Positions 28,626 through 42,010 of a stretch of DNA of 64,000 nt are shown piece after piece. The stretch lies in assembly GCA_951406725.2 (NCBI GenBank), contig OX597831.1, positions 36,084,001-36,148,000 of the forward strand, written 5' to 3'. The position numbers were made by a program, and so were the translations under genes. Source of the stretch: Octopus vulgaris. Its lineage: Eukaryota. A model generated the notes under the pieces. That model was not told the DNA's origin. It worked only from the letters and a program-made list of their open reading frames with translations, and did not search any database. How positions within the stretch are numbered: position 1 is the stretch's first letter; every line of letters starts with the position of its first letter.

Positions 28626-29449
28626 CTATAATTCTTTGCTGGTCCCCGTTTTTTTTTGTACTCCAAACTTCGACCCCCAGATGTTCACATTGTACATTAC
28701 TAAATCAATCTCACCAGAAAAAGAATAAAAAGAACTTTGCGAAGACGACGAACACTGGGTCTTTTCCCCGTGACTAAACTCGTAAAATAACTGCACTACA
28801 TACACACATATATATATATTTCAAAACAAAGAGGAATTGGTCAACGCACCGCAATTCTTAGTCTGCTCATGTTTTTCTTTGTTCATCAGACGTCAACCTA
28901 AATCTTCACAACACGCATCACCATATCAACACCACACAACATTGTAAAAAACATAACGCAGCTGATCCTCCCTCGTGACTAAACCCTTAAGAGAATTATA
29001 CTACATTCATACATTAAGGCGAGAGAAAAAAATACTAATTAGTCACAAGAGAACCAATGATAAAAAAGAGAACTAGTGCCAACGATAACATCCATTTCTC
29101 AATTCACAAACGAATGTAGTTCCTATAAATATATGGTATTTCAAAAGAAACTATTAAGAGCGAAAATGTAATGCTATAGTTTCTGTGCTATTTATTTTGT
29201 TTCTACGTAGAATTCTTAGAATTTATTTTTGTAAAGTTCTTTTTTTTGCGGATTTAATTCCCATTGTGGAGAGATTTTGTTTTTCAGCTATTACTCGTAG
29301 TAACAATATCTCTGAAATATATTAGCAAGATCTTAATCAGATAAATGGCACCTTCTGAAATCTGGCTTTTTCCTTTTAATTAAACGATCATTTTAGTTAG
29401 CTAGCTGGCCAAATTGTAACTTTTGCCTGTTGCAAAAATTTACTCACGC

Positions 29450-29617
29450 ATACATACACGCACACGCGAGCACACACGCAAACATACATACACACAAATG
29501 CACACACACAAATACACACATAGACAACATACGAGTATTTCATATGACACGTGACCTGTTAGAAATAGCAGTCAAATGTTCAAGTCAAAACACCGGCCTA
29601 CAGGAAACACATACGCG

Positions 29618-29681
<64 letters not shown>

Positions 29682-29925
29682 TACACACACAACATACACA
29701 CACGCACACATACATACATACACACACACACACAAATACACACATAGACTATATACGAATATTTTATATGGCACGTGACTTGTTAGAAATAACAGTCAAA
29801 TGTTCAAGTCAAAACACCGGTCTACAGCAAACACACACACACACAGACGCACGCGCGCACGCACACATACACGCACATACACACACAACATACACACACG
29901 CACCACACAAATACACATATAGACA
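29450..29925. repeat. (CA)n-rich region with a ~225 bp tandem duplication
   Basis: cacgtgac.tgttagaaata.cagtcaaatgttcaagtcaaaacaccgg occurs at ~29549 and ~29772. Confidence 0.85.
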
Positions 29926-30149
29926 ATATGTTGGTGTGTTTATGTCTCCGTAACTTAGCGGTTTGTCAAAAGAGACCGATAGAATAAGTACTAGGCTTAC
30001 AAAGAATAAGTCCTAGGATCGATCTGATCGACTAAAGGTGGTGCTCCAGTATGGCCGCAGTCAAATAGCTGAAACATATACAAGAAAAAAATACATGATG
30101 GATTTTTCTGAGTTCAAATCTAAATATTGTTGGGTTTTCGTAACTGGGA

Positions 30150-30275
30150 ATTTTCTCTCCGGAATGCAGGGATGATCCAGATGTTCTGTGGAAAACCAAC
30201 CGTTATCTATTCATGCAGGTCTACTATACCACCGCTGATGCTGGAGAAACAGGTAAATAGCGATAAAATATGGTA
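30150..30275 (+). pseudogene. RTE-type LINE endonuclease remnant
   Basis: Frameshifted GKP...QVYYTTADAGE resembles RTE GKP....IQVYAPT.DAEE. Confidence 0.4.
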
Positions 30276-30299
30276 CCAGTGCCATCCCATGTGTTACTA

Positions 30300-30762
30300 A
30301 ACCTGGTACTCCGTCGGTTACGATGACGTGGGTTCCAGTTGATCCAATGAACGGAACAGCCTGCCCGTGAAATTAACGTGCAAGTGGCTGAGCACTCCAC
30401 AGACACGCGTACCCTTAACGTAGTTCTCGAGGAGATTCAGCGTGACACAAAGTGTGACAAGGCTGGCCCCCTTTGAATTACAGGTACAACAGAAACAGAA
30501 GGAAAGACTGAGAGAAAGTTGTGGTGAAAGAGTACAGCAGGATTCACCACCACTCCTTGCCGGAGCCAGATTGAGCATGACACAGAATGTGACAAGGCCG
30601 GCCCTTTTAATTACAGGTGCAGCTAAATTTTGCCAGCTGAGCAAACTGGTGCAACGTGAAATAAAGTGTGTTGCTCAAGGCCACAACGCGCCTCTGGGAA
30701 TCGAACTCACGACTTTACGATGGTGAGCCGATTGCCCGAACCACTAAGCCACGCGCCTTTAC
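30300..30762 (-). mobile_element. Composite SINE (family C-related, alternative 3' tail)
   Basis: Tail matches 35600-35755, 36063-36210, 1-180 and 63780-63940. Confidence 0.75.
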
Positions 30763-31617
30763 AGTGAAAAGGTAAGAAACCACAGAAGTCACTTCAAGGC
30801 ATCTTACTTGATGTTCTTACAGCTCTACCAATTCACTTTTGGGGATTGGTATTTTTTATTGGTTTCAAAAGTATAAAAGACAAAGTTGATCCCTACAGAA
30901 TTTGAACACAAAGCACCGAGAGTCAGAAGAATACATCGCGAGTCATTTTATCCGACATTCTACCAGCTCAGCCAGTTTGCTGGCATGTGTTTGTATGTGT
31001 ATGTAAGTGTGTGTGTATTTATGTATGATTTATCTTTGAGTTTAAGTCTTTCTTAGCCAGTCGCCGCTTACAACGCAACAATACTTTTTGAGGTAAGAGT
31101 TCCCGGCGTTTGTATTTGTCTTTCATTAAGCATTTCATTTCGTTTCCACACAACAATAATTAAATTGTAAATATCATTGAAGTCGTTAAATTATACGAAG
31201 TTAATGTCATTTGGTGTATTTCTTGTATGGCGTGTGTTGTTAGTTTTAACTAGATTATCGTCCATGTTTATGCGCTCTGTCAGTGTTGATGTTGGGAATA
31301 GTTACACTTGATTAAGAAGTCCACAATCATCATGTGTGCATGCTTTTGTGACTTTCGCAGATCTTCTGTTTGAGCCTACTGAGATCAAAGCACCGTCCTA
31401 TCCACAGAGCTGCTGTGTTTCAGCTTTCCGATGTTCCTCCCATAAACCTCTCGTGAACATCCGCATTGTTATTACGTTGCATTTAAAAAATCATCTTAAG
31501 TTTACTTAAGTTCAATTAGCGTACATAGCGAAAAGAGAAGCGTTTCTTACATTACGAGCTAATCCACACCAACAACAACACTTCCTATTAATTCTTTAAG
31601 TACAACATATTAGGAGT

Positions 31618-31927
31618 AAAGATTATTTGCCAACATAACTTGGCAGTCCTGGTTTAGGACGAATGTTGCTGTAATTTAGCCCCAGGAGACATCGTCTCCA
31701 GCTGGCCACATGACACGATCTGTGTCCTTATATTTTCGAACAAGGGAATCTAGCATCCCCACTCAGCTCAAAACAATATCTGTGTATCGCGATTTCCGGG
31801 TTATTTCCCTTCATCAGCACAGAATAATTGTTCGTATAGCCAGCTGGAGACGATGTCTCCTGGGGCTAAATTACAGCAACATTCGTCCTAAGCCAGGACT
31901 GCCATGTTATGTTGGCAAATAATCTTT
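31618..31927. mobile_element. Short fold-back element (probably PLE-derived), ~90 bp arms around an HHR-containing spacer
   Basis: 31618-31706 is the near-perfect reverse complement of 31838-31927. Confidence 0.75.
31779..31823 (-). ncRNA. Minimal type I hammerhead ribozyme inside a fold-back element
   Basis: tctgtg CTGATGA a ggg-aaataa-ccc g GAAA tcgcga TA cacaga. 6-bp stem I, canonical core, palindromic stem III (ATCGCGAT). Confidence 0.82.
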
Positions 31928-33072
31928 ATTCGAAAGTACTGTTGCTGAATATCTCTCGTTGTGAGATTTACAAATAGTAATTTTCTAATTTACACAATAT
32001 TATTTATTATAGAATTATTGTAAAATGCAACTGTGTTGGCTAACACTCGTTGAGATGAAAGCTTTAGAACTGCCTATGTACTGGAATTCGATAGTGGGTT
32101 ACCTGACAGCGGTGTACCTCAGCTACTATTTCAAAAAGGCTCATGCTATCACTGGAAGATACTATATGAATAGGTGCCTGTGTTTATGAAATTTTGGGAA
32201 TCTACTTTGTCTCACCTAGCGCATTTTGCTTTCACGTTTTTATGCTACAAAACTACAACTTAACCTAGTCTTTGTTGAAGTAAGTCTTATTAAAAGACAG
32301 TATTAAAAGACGTATTCCCAAAATTTGAATCTACTTTGAGAATATCATTTTTGTTTAACGGAAGCCTCTTTTGAAACTGATGGCAGTTCTAATCTAGGCA
32401 CCGCTGGTAATGCCAAGCAATGGTTTCACAAGCATCAAGAAAGATTTCATCTGCTATTTCTGCATATTCTCGTTCAGTAGCTGCCTTTAATTCGTCGAGC
32501 GTTGCCGGTTTTGTACCGTAAACTTTGTCCGATAAATGCACAGGTTATTCTATTGAATATCTTCCTAGCAAAAGCTCACCAAAGTAGATCGTCTCATTAC
32601 TATGGTAGAGAAGGAATGCCACATGCTACTAGAAGTCCTCTTGAATGCTTGGCGTGATAAATTGTCGTAGAACCGTTGAAAAAGACATGTTCCAAGTAAT
32701 TCTTTTGAAGATAAGATACACCGACGCCTGATAAATTAACATGGCGTTCTTCTGTAATATGAGAATTTTCAGGTCCTAAGTAGTGCAACTGTGGAAGTTA
32801 GTCGAGCCATTCATTTAATTTAAATGTAAGCTCTTCATTCCAAAAGTGTTTGTTGGAAAGTGTGCATCTTCTACATATCTAGCGACATACAACTTGCAAC
32901 ACTCTACGCTTCGTTTGAAACATCTCTGCTGAGAGAATGAACTATTCTTTCAATGAAATTTTTCCACTGATATTGTATCAGAATGCGTTGGACTCTTGAT
33001 TGTGAGATTCCTATCACAGAAATCGCTTTCTGCACAGAGATTCTGGAACTCTATGCAATATGTTTATAATAC

Positions 33073-33495
33073 CTTTCGGTTTGAAAGGCAGTTTTTTCTA
33101 GCGGTGTCATATGAAATTGTCACCCATAATTATGACCCTAGTATCGATCTACTGCATTTCAATCTGTTTTAAGGTTAGGGTTAGTTAGGGTTAGGGGTAT
33201 GGGAAGGGTATCTTTTTTTCTTCAGAAATGTAAGTAAACCCAATCTGGTTCTTAAACGAGTGACATATTCATACGGTACAGAATATTTTTTTTACCTCAA
33301 TAGACGTCAGTGATTGGTTGAAATTGCAGAAATTGAAGAAAAAGACAACAAATATCTTACAAACTATAGAATTTTCTCAATAAAGCCAAGAGAAAAAGAT
33401 GTTTTATAAACACATTCTACCAGTATACGAAGTTTAAAAGTGTTTAGTTTCGTGGAAATTATTTTAAAAAACTGCCGTTCAAACCGAAAAGAGCC
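33073..33495. mobile_element. Second copy of the same MITE, opposite orientation
   Basis: Reverse complement of 56805-57221 over its whole length; the left TIR lacks its first few bases. Confidence 0.88.
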
Positions 33496-33756
33496 TACCT
33501 TTTCTTTCATTTTATGGGATTCGATGTCCGCATTCTTTCAGAATGTTTCTTGTGGGCATTCTGAACAATTCCGTCTGCTTCAAACTTAACACTAATTCAA
33601 CTGGGGGTTAAACAGCGAAGATGAATCTATTTGGAACTCTCTCCTAAGCTGTATTTTCACCTCGAGTGCATTTTTCAAACTTTCACTAGCTCTTCAGGAA
33701 AAAATTCCCTTTGTTCTAAGCTTAGTGTTTCTCTTTTCATTATTTCCATTGCGTTA

Positions 33757-34205
33757 AGGCAGCAAGCTGGCGGAATCGTTAGCACGTCGGACAAAATGTT
33801 TGGTGATATTTCTTCCCGATCGTTACGTTAGCACGCCGGGCAAAATGCTTAGCAGTATTTCGTCTGCCGCCTCGTTCTGAATTTAAATTCCGCTGAGGTC
33901 GACTTTGCCTTTCATCCTTTCGGGGTCGATTAAATAAGTACCAGTTACGCACTGGGGTTGATATAATCGACTTAATCCGTTTGTCTGTCCTTGTTTGTCT
34001 TCTCTGTGTTTAGCCCCTTGTGAGTAGTAAAGAAATAGGTATTTCGTCTACCGCTACGTTCTGAGTTCAAATTCCGCCGAGGTCGACTTTGCCTTTCATC
34101 CTTTCAGAGTCGATGAAACAAGTACCAGTTAAACAATGGGGTTGATGTAATCACTTAGCCCTTTCCCCACAACGTTTCAGGCTTTCTGCATAGAGTAGAA
34201 AGGAT
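33757..34205 (+). mobile_element. SINE family B (Nin-domain-like), dimeric
   Basis: Head AAGGC..C.AGCTGGC; B-box GAGTTCAAATTC; GCCTTTCATCCTTTCGGGGTCGAT domain twice. Confidence 0.85.
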
Positions 34206-34634
34206 TACTTCCAATGGATTAAATCTAAAAAGAAATGAAAACCAAGCGAGCTTTCAGCATTTGAAGTGTGTATACAATTTTTAGAGACGCCCTATATATG
34301 TACATATAAGTTTGCATGTATGAACCAATCTGTCTATAAATTTTTGTTCGACACAGAAATATAGCATGCTCGTGTCGTAATCTATGTAAGAAACCATAAA
34401 AGAAAAAATTTGGAGAAGCGTATTTTTCTTTTCTTTTTATTAAGTTAATTTTAGTTTTCTTTTGTTGGAAAGCATTAAATGGATTCCGTTTCTATATCCT
34501 TTTCAAATGAAGATGAGAATTCGCGGTTTAATGAAAGATTATACATAAAAATATCAAGACGGGTTACAGCCAAGAATAACCGGATTATGTGTAACAGCGA
34601 GTTGACTATAAAGATGTTAAAAACCATAGCGAAC

Positions 34635-34666
<32 letters not shown>

Positions 34667-34770
34667 TACATACACACACACATATATGTAGATAAAAAAT
34701 GCCCCTACAATGTTTAATACATACATACATACACACGCATACATATGTATGCATGTATACAAATATTCGC

Positions 34771-34827
<57 letters not shown>

Positions 34828-34845
34828 ATCTATCTTATCTATCTA

Positions 34846-34898
<53 letters not shown>

Positions 34899-34935
34899 CC
34901 TACCTACCTACCTATTTATCTGTCTATCTATCTAA

Positions 34936-34975
<40 letters not shown>

Positions 34976-35000
34976 TTATCTATCTATCTGTCTATCTATC
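34771..35000. repeat. (TATC)n microsatellite
   Basis: Direct inspection; similar arrays at 53188-53320 and 53696-53848. Confidence 0.95.
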
Positions 35001-35377
35001 TGGTTCAGCTTCGTTATTTTATACAAATGGAAAATGGATAACACATCTATTCATTATACCCTCGCGCGCACATACGCACACATACACATTATAAATTTCC
35101 CCCTCTGACGAATTTCTAATAGGAAACTCCTTACACATATTAGCAAATGAAACACGTGTAATGGAGACTAAATAATGCCAAAAAATCTCCCACTTTTCTG
35201 TTTCGTTATACAGTAACTCTGCAAATAATATTTCCATAATTCTCAATTTCAATATGTATTTTGACTAACGTACAGCAGCAGCCGTAGATATATATTGATT
35301 GTAATAATCAAATAAGCAGACGAGCTTCAAGAAGAAACATCTAGAATTTACCCTCACTACCTACATTATATATACAG

Positions 35378-35755
35378 AAGCGCAATGGCTCAGTGCTTAT
35401 TGCAGCGGACTCGCGGTCGTAGGATCGCAGTTTCAATTCCCGGACCAGGCGTTGTGAATGTTTATTGCGCAAAAACACCTAAAGCTCCACGAGGCTCCGA
35501 CACGGGGTGGTGGCGAACCTTGATATACTCTTTCACCACAAATTTCTCTCACTCTTTCTTCCTGTTTCTTAATGTACCCTGTATTTCAAAGGGTCGGCCT
35601 TGTCACACTCTGTGTCACGCTGAATCTCTCCAAGAACTCTACGTTAAGGGTACATGTGCCTGTAGAGTGCTCAGTCACTTGCATGTTAATTTCACGAGCA
35701 GGCTGTTCCGTTGATCGGATCAACTAGAGCCCTCGTCGTAACCAATGGAGTTCCA
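35378..35755 (+). mobile_element. tRNA-derived SINE, family C with alternative tail
   Basis: Family C head followed by GTCACACTCTGTGTCACGCTGAATCTC...GTCGTAACC tail. Confidence 0.85.
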
Positions 35756-35756
35756 C

Positions 35757-35802
<46 letters not shown>

Positions 35803-36062
35803 AGTATATATATATGTACATATATATATATGTATATATATGTATATACATATATATATGTATATATATATTTAGCGCGAGCCTCTGTGTGTGTGTACGT
35901 TTATATATATACAAACATTGAATACATCCACGTGCACACACAAAATCAGAAGGATTATGATTTTAATTTTATGTATACTTATGCGCAAAATTTATACATT
36001 TGCATATATATAAACATGAATACATATGAATGTATATAGCTATATACATACATACATACATC

Positions 36063-36545
36063 GTGGCATTCTGTCGGTTACGACGACCAGAGTTCTAGTT
36101 GATCCGATCAACGGAACAGCCTGCTCGTGAAATTAACGTGCAAGTGGCTGAGCACTCCACAGATAGGTGTACCCTTAACGTAGTTCTCGGGGAGATTCAG
36201 CGTGATTCACAAGGGTGGCCTTTTGAAATACAGGTACAACAGAAACAGGAAGAATGAGTAAGAGAAAGTTGTGATGAAAGAGTACAGCGGGGTTCACCCC
36301 GCCTCCTGCCGGAGCATCGTGGAGCTTTAAGTGTTTTCGCTCAATAAACACCCACACAACCCTGTCTGGGAATCGGAAGCGTGATCCCACGACCGCGAGT
36401 CCGCTGTCCCTACCACTGGGCCATTGCACTTCACATACATACATAAAATACACATATTTACATAGACATCGCCCGGCCTGAGATTCGAGCTCGCGATCCC
36501 TCGACCGCATGTCCGCTGCTCTAACCACTTGACCATGTACCTCGA
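36063..36545 (-). mobile_element. Family C SINE plus an adjacent head fragment
   Basis: Reverse complement of the 35378-35755 type, followed by a second tRNA-like head at ~36467-36545. Confidence 0.82.
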
Positions 36546-36569
36546 CATAACATGCTTAAGGTATGCATA

Positions 36570-36856
36570 TGATTAAAAAGTTCTAGACTGCAACGGTGAT
36601 CTCGGGAAAGATCTCTTTACAGATGTTGTATGTTAAAAAGACACCTCGTACCTCAGAGTTAGACGAAATGAAATCGTCTGATATAGTTTCTAGCAAAAGT
36701 ATCTTAAAGTATATTAAGTATATGGCAATGATAATTTGCAAAACGTTCGGAAGACAAGTCTAATGTTTCATATCATTGTGACACCCATGACATAATAGTA
36801 CCACCAGATATATGGGTATGCATGTGTGTCTCTGCCTTTGTAAGCATTTATTCGTA

Positions 36857-36897
<41 letters not shown>

Positions 36898-37036
36898 GTG
36901 TGTGTGTGTGTCTCTCTATATGTGTGTGTGTGTGTGTATATATATATATGTAAATGTATATATATATGTATATATATATATATACATGTGTGTGTCTCTC
37001 TCTATATGTGTGTGTGCATATATACATATGTAAATG

Positions 37037-37068
<32 letters not shown>

Positions 37069-37145
37069 TATATGTATGTATATATATATATATACATATA
37101 TATACTCGTATATATATACCCGTATATATATATATATATATACAC

Positions 37146-37191
<46 letters not shown>

Positions 37192-37203
37192 GTATATATA
37201 TAC

Positions 37204-37280
<77 letters not shown>

Positions 37281-37305
37281 AACATATATATGTGTGCGAA
37301 CATAA

Positions 37306-37352
<47 letters not shown>

Positions 37353-38300
37353 AGATGAAATTACTTGAATTACTCGAAACATTTTCTGCAAATGAGTAGT
37401 TTGCAGAAGCCGAGTGGATTAGGTTACGGCTAAATGGTAAACGAGGAAATTACACAGGAGATTGATTATACGGGAAATTGAATTTTCTTTTGAAAACGTC
37501 TACTGATAAATTGATATGGAAGTAACTGACACCAATTTCTTTGGTTTTGACCTCAAATATGACATGGATAACCACTTGTCTTGCCACGTGTTGAGATGTC
37601 TAAAAATGAATTTATATCCAATTTATATACTGGCTATTATCGCAAAGCAGATAAAATAATCACTTTAAGCGTGTTTCGGTTCTACCTTGAGGGCTATTTC
37701 ATTTAAATTACGTCGCTAAATAGTCTTCAGAAAAATGCACGAATTTTAAAAATAGCCATCTTTTCCTATTCCTCTACATATTTGAACTTGAATGTTTAAG
37801 TACAAGATTGGTTCTTCTACCTTATAATGCTATATTGTAATCTTGTTGCTGTGGCCCATTTTACAAAACTTCTTTTGGTCTTGTTTGAAATAGATCAAAT
37901 TTCTTTCATATAAGTTAAAATGCAGTCGAACTTTCTCCCGTTGTTTTCGCTAACCGTTTTTGTTTTCAAAATATAAAGAACTACAACGAATACTTCATGA
38001 GTTATACAGAATTAACATTTACAGACCACTGGCTTTTCACACCTCCGAATAGCATTAGTATTGCAATGGCTGCAAGATCCAATTTAAAATCCAAAACTAG
38101 TGCTGGATCACAAAATTGCTTATAATGTGAAGACGACATCCTTTATGTAAAGAATTAATACGGTACAAGGAAGAAGTACGTTTTATTTTCAGAGATGTTG
38201 TTATCTCGAAACTAAATTGACAAAACGTGATATGCACTTCATCCAGTCTTTTCTTTCAAGCGCTATAACTCTCTAAAGATTCTTCTCATCCTTCATTTTA
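36570..38300 (+). pseudogene. Possible highly decayed Helitron Rep/helicase fragments
   Basis: FGFDL then HG*PLVLPRV at ~37550-37595 resembles the PIF1-type G.DL....HGQLYVALSRV motif; other matches are marginal. Confidence 0.25.
36858..37348. repeat. Compound (TA)n/(TG)n microsatellite
   Basis: Direct inspection. Confidence 0.95.
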
Positions 38301-38654
38301 TTCATTGGTATCAGTCAATTGAAATTCAAAGTATATAATATATACATAGACATCATTAAGAAAAAGCCTGACAAAAACGAAAAGCATATTAGTAAACGAC
38401 ATTATATACAACAATAGACTGTATAAAATGTCTTAATAGTGTGGCCTTAACAATATTCTGCTAATCAGGTAATCACACACATTGCAATCCAGTGATTGCT
38501 TCACTGTTAGATTGTAAGAGGAAGTAAATTTTAGGAATCGGGTGTATAAGATGTCTTTATAACTGTGTGTATACAATTGCCATTATAGGCTAAGATGAAC
38601 TGAACCAGAGACTAACAAGAAGTTACCTCCAGTCATCTGATGTCATAGCAGTAT

Positions 38655-39021
38655 ATATATAAGAGATAATGGTGTCATTGAGACCCAAATGGGTCAGGTA
38701 ATGCTGAATAAGTGCTATAGACAGATCATAGTTAAGTTCCAGATTCGGTAATTTTGCGAATAAGGGGTTCAACGTTGGTTCTATGTCAGCGTGTGTATTT
38801 AAGAATTTTTTTGCGTAATAAGACAAAAAAAACCCAAGGCAGTGTAGATATTAGAGCATTTATAGATAGAAGGTCTTACACCTGTTTCTGGGATACACCG
38901 TCTCCGATGAAGGGATAAAATTAATAAATAGCCTAGAAACAGGTGTAAGACCTTCTATCTATAAATGCTCTTATATCTACAAAGCCTTGGTTTTTTTTAT
39001 CTTATTACGCAAAAAATTCTT

Positions 39022-39030
<9 letters not shown>
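38655..39030. mobile_element. Short PLE-derived insertion with 5' inversion and tail
   Basis: 38792-38890 is the reverse complement of 38933-39030. The 38660-38770 tail is homologous to 60230-60335. HHR-like motif inside; (TA)n flank. Confidence 0.7.
38900..38951 (+). ncRNA. Hammerhead-like motif (CCGAUGA core)
   Basis: gtct CCGATGA aggg...cct a GAAAC aggt GTA agac; same family as 60449-60496. Confidence 0.6.
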
Positions 39031-39075
<45 letters not shown>

Positions 39076-39388
39076 CTTCAGAAAATCTCAATGTCGCAAA
39101 AACTTATTTGCCAAAGGAATGCTAAATTATGCATTGTCTGAGGAAGAAATTAATTCGAAACATTTACAAAGATTCAAAAAAAAAAAAGAAGAAGCAAAAG
39201 AGTTAAAGTGCAGTATCACACAGAAACACACCTAAATGACATTTAATTAAAATTGGATGTAATAATAGTTTAGACTGTATTGATATTAATTGGTCGACGG
39301 AATAACGTAAGCTTTTCGTAAATATGGCTGTGATCGTATCCAAAACATTCGCCGCCTTACGCAAGCTTCTTACCACACAACTACGCCT

Positions 39389-39453
<65 letters not shown>

Positions 39454-39460
39454 AATAAAT

Positions 39461-39520
<60 letters not shown>

Positions 39521-40974
39521 TCAATTTTTTTCTCCACCATTCAGTTCACGATGAGACTTCTATCTGCTGGTGTAAGCCTCTTGCAGAATTAAGTGTTGTT
39601 AAGGAATTTAGCGTAGTAATGTATGGGACTCATTAAACTCATACCCAGGATCTTGGACTACCCAGATATTGCCAGATTGTCATTTGGAACTGTGTGAATG
39701 TAAGTGTGTTTATGGATGTTTCTGTATGCATGGGTGTATGGAGGCAGAATATCGAGAAGAATAGCACATGATTGTGTACATTCAACCACGCTTCATAATA
39801 GATGTATATGTGTACCGTAATGATGCATGTGTGCAGTGGTGTGCGCACTAGCTTAAAATATCATCTTGAAACCGCGTGATAATAATATCATTACTACACA
39901 CACATACACACAGGTAAAGAGACAGACGCACAGACACACATACAAATACTCACAAACACACACACACGCACAAACGCACACACTTTGGAAATGCTTTCAC
40001 CTTGATGTCTTCAGTTAGAGTATCTTATTTCGTTGTTCTTCGCCCACTTCCTACTGCCAACCTGTCCTTTAGTCATCTCATTCGATCTGCTTGCCCAAAG
40101 AAACACGATACTTTTACCTGATTTAAACAGAGTTTTAATTAAATCTGTCACTTTTCAACAGAACGTCTAACCGAGAGCTGAGATTCTCACAGAACCACTT
40201 GTATTTTTCTTTACAACCACAGAAAAAGAAAAATGAAGAATGCAATATATGTTATGCATTCTCTCACTCTCATTCTCTGTCCGTCTGTCTATCCGTCCGT
40301 CCCCCCCTCTCTCTCTCTCTGTATGTGTGTACATGTAGCTCTGTCAGAGTCCGTGTGTAAGATGACATGACATGAAATACCGTATTCCAATAACCAATGG
40401 TTTAAAATTACATGAGCGTTTCCGAAAACAAATGAAAAACAAATTAAAATTCATTATGCCATTTGTCCATTACAAGTTTTACGTAAGATCTTTAAATACG
40501 CTCCTCGGCTTCTTGTCGAGAATTGAACAACATCTTCAGTAAATATAACAGTGTTAGCATTGATACTGCGATAGGAAGGAAGAAAGTGTGGTAGATTAAC
40601 AAAAGCGGTAGAACAACAGAAAAATATCCGCTATGTTGTAATTTAGTTTCATCCCACCATGTCCTGAATCCAGTCATAATTATCGGACAACCAACCGAAA
40701 TGTTGGTGGTTCGCATAGAATACCAGCCATCTAACTTTGAAGAAAATTGACTCCGTTGATAGAATTTAATAGTGAAATCCAGAGAGGAACACAAAATCAC
40801 TATTAGTGAAACCAGAAATCGGGTAATCAGCCAAGATGATAATGGTTCGTATAGAATGCTTGGCATATCTACCTATTTCGAAAACTCATTTCGTGGACGA
40901 CAGGGAAGCCTCTATGTCAATGGTCTTCAACCAGCGTCCACATAACCCATTAAGGGTCGATATAAGATTTTGTC

Positions 40975-41458
40975 GGTACTTAATTTATCGACCCCGAAAG
41001 GATGAAAGGCAAAGTCGACCTCGGCGGAATTTGAACTCAGAACGTAACGGCAGACTAAATACCTGTTTCTTTACTAGCCACAAGGGGCTAACCACAGAGA
41101 GGACAAACAAGGACAGAAAAACGGATTAAGTCGATTTCATCGACCCCAGTGCGTAACTGCTACTGAATTTATCGACCCCGAAAGGATGAAAGGAAAGTCG
41201 ACCTCGGCAGAATTTGAACTCAGAACCTAAAGACAGACGAAATACCTATTTGTTTACTACCCACAAGGGGCTAAACACAGAGAGGACAAACAAGGACAGA
41301 CAAACGGATTAAGTCGATTATGTCGACCCCAGTGCGTAACTGGTTCTTAATTTATCGATCCCGAAAGGATGAAAGGCAAAGTCGACCTCGGCGGGATTTG
41401 AACTCAGAACGTAGCGGCAGACGAAACACCGCTAACGTTTCTGCCAGCTCGCCGCCTT
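40975..41458 (-). mobile_element. SINE family B, three tandem ~182 bp units
   Basis: aatttatcgaccccgaaaggatgaaagg recurs at ~40982, 41166 and 41349. Confidence 0.88.
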
Positions 41459-41564
41459 TTTCTTCTAGAATATTGGTGTATAGGTTACATACAGCTAAAA
41501 CATTTACATATGACAACAATTAGCATTCAAGTTTTAACATGGAAATGCAGTTTACATGAATTAG

Positions 41565-41696
41565 GCGCAACATAGCTTTGTGGTAAGATATTTTCTTCTC
41601 AGTCACATGGTTCCTGACTGATCCTCGGTGCATGGCGTCTTCTGCTGTAGCCCCAGCCCGGCTGAAGCCTTGTGAATGGCTGAGAGAAGCCCGTCG

Positions 41697-41730
<34 letters not shown>

Positions 41731-42010
41731 GGTGTGTGTGTATGTGTGTATGTGTGTGTGTGTGTGTATGTGTGTGTGTGTGTGTGCGTGTGTGTGTGCG
41801 TATGTGTGTGTTATCCCCCATTCCCGCTTGACACCAGGTGTTGGTGTGTTTATGTTCCTGTAACTTAGAGGTTTGACAAAAAGTTTCCAAAGGGATTAGT
41901 GCAATGTTTAAGGGGACAAAATAAGCACTGGGGACGAATTGTTCGACGCAACCCTTGATATGATGCCTCGGCATGGCCGTAGTCTAATGATAAAAACGAA
42001 TAAAAGAGCA
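41565..42010 (+). mobile_element. tRNA-derived SINE, family A (diverged)
   Basis: Degenerate head, core and tail. Confidence 0.7.

Larger units (their letters stand above)
32380..34295 (-). pseudogene. Decayed Tc1/mariner-family transposon interrupted by a MITE and a SINE
   Basis: Minus-strand fragments MKRETLSLEQREF..KFEADGIVQ (~33740-33550), GPENSHITEERHVNLSGVGV (~32780-32720) and DKVYGTKPATLDELKAATEREYAEI (~32530-32455). TIR-like end gtatacaatttttagagacgccctata at ~34270-34295. Confidence 0.65.

Noticed and set aside
30170-30252. Apparent plus-strand host exon (cag...CAG|gtaaat)
   Set aside because: Better explained as a frameshifted RTE endonuclease remnant.
33173-33196. Interstitial telomere or chromosome-fusion scar
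   Set aside because: The TTAGGG units are an internal part of a MITE present twice in the window.
40975-41458. Regularly spaced repeats resembling a CRISPR array
   Set aside because: The whole ~182 bp unit repeats, there are no unique spacers or cas genes, and the context is eukaryotic SINE sequence.
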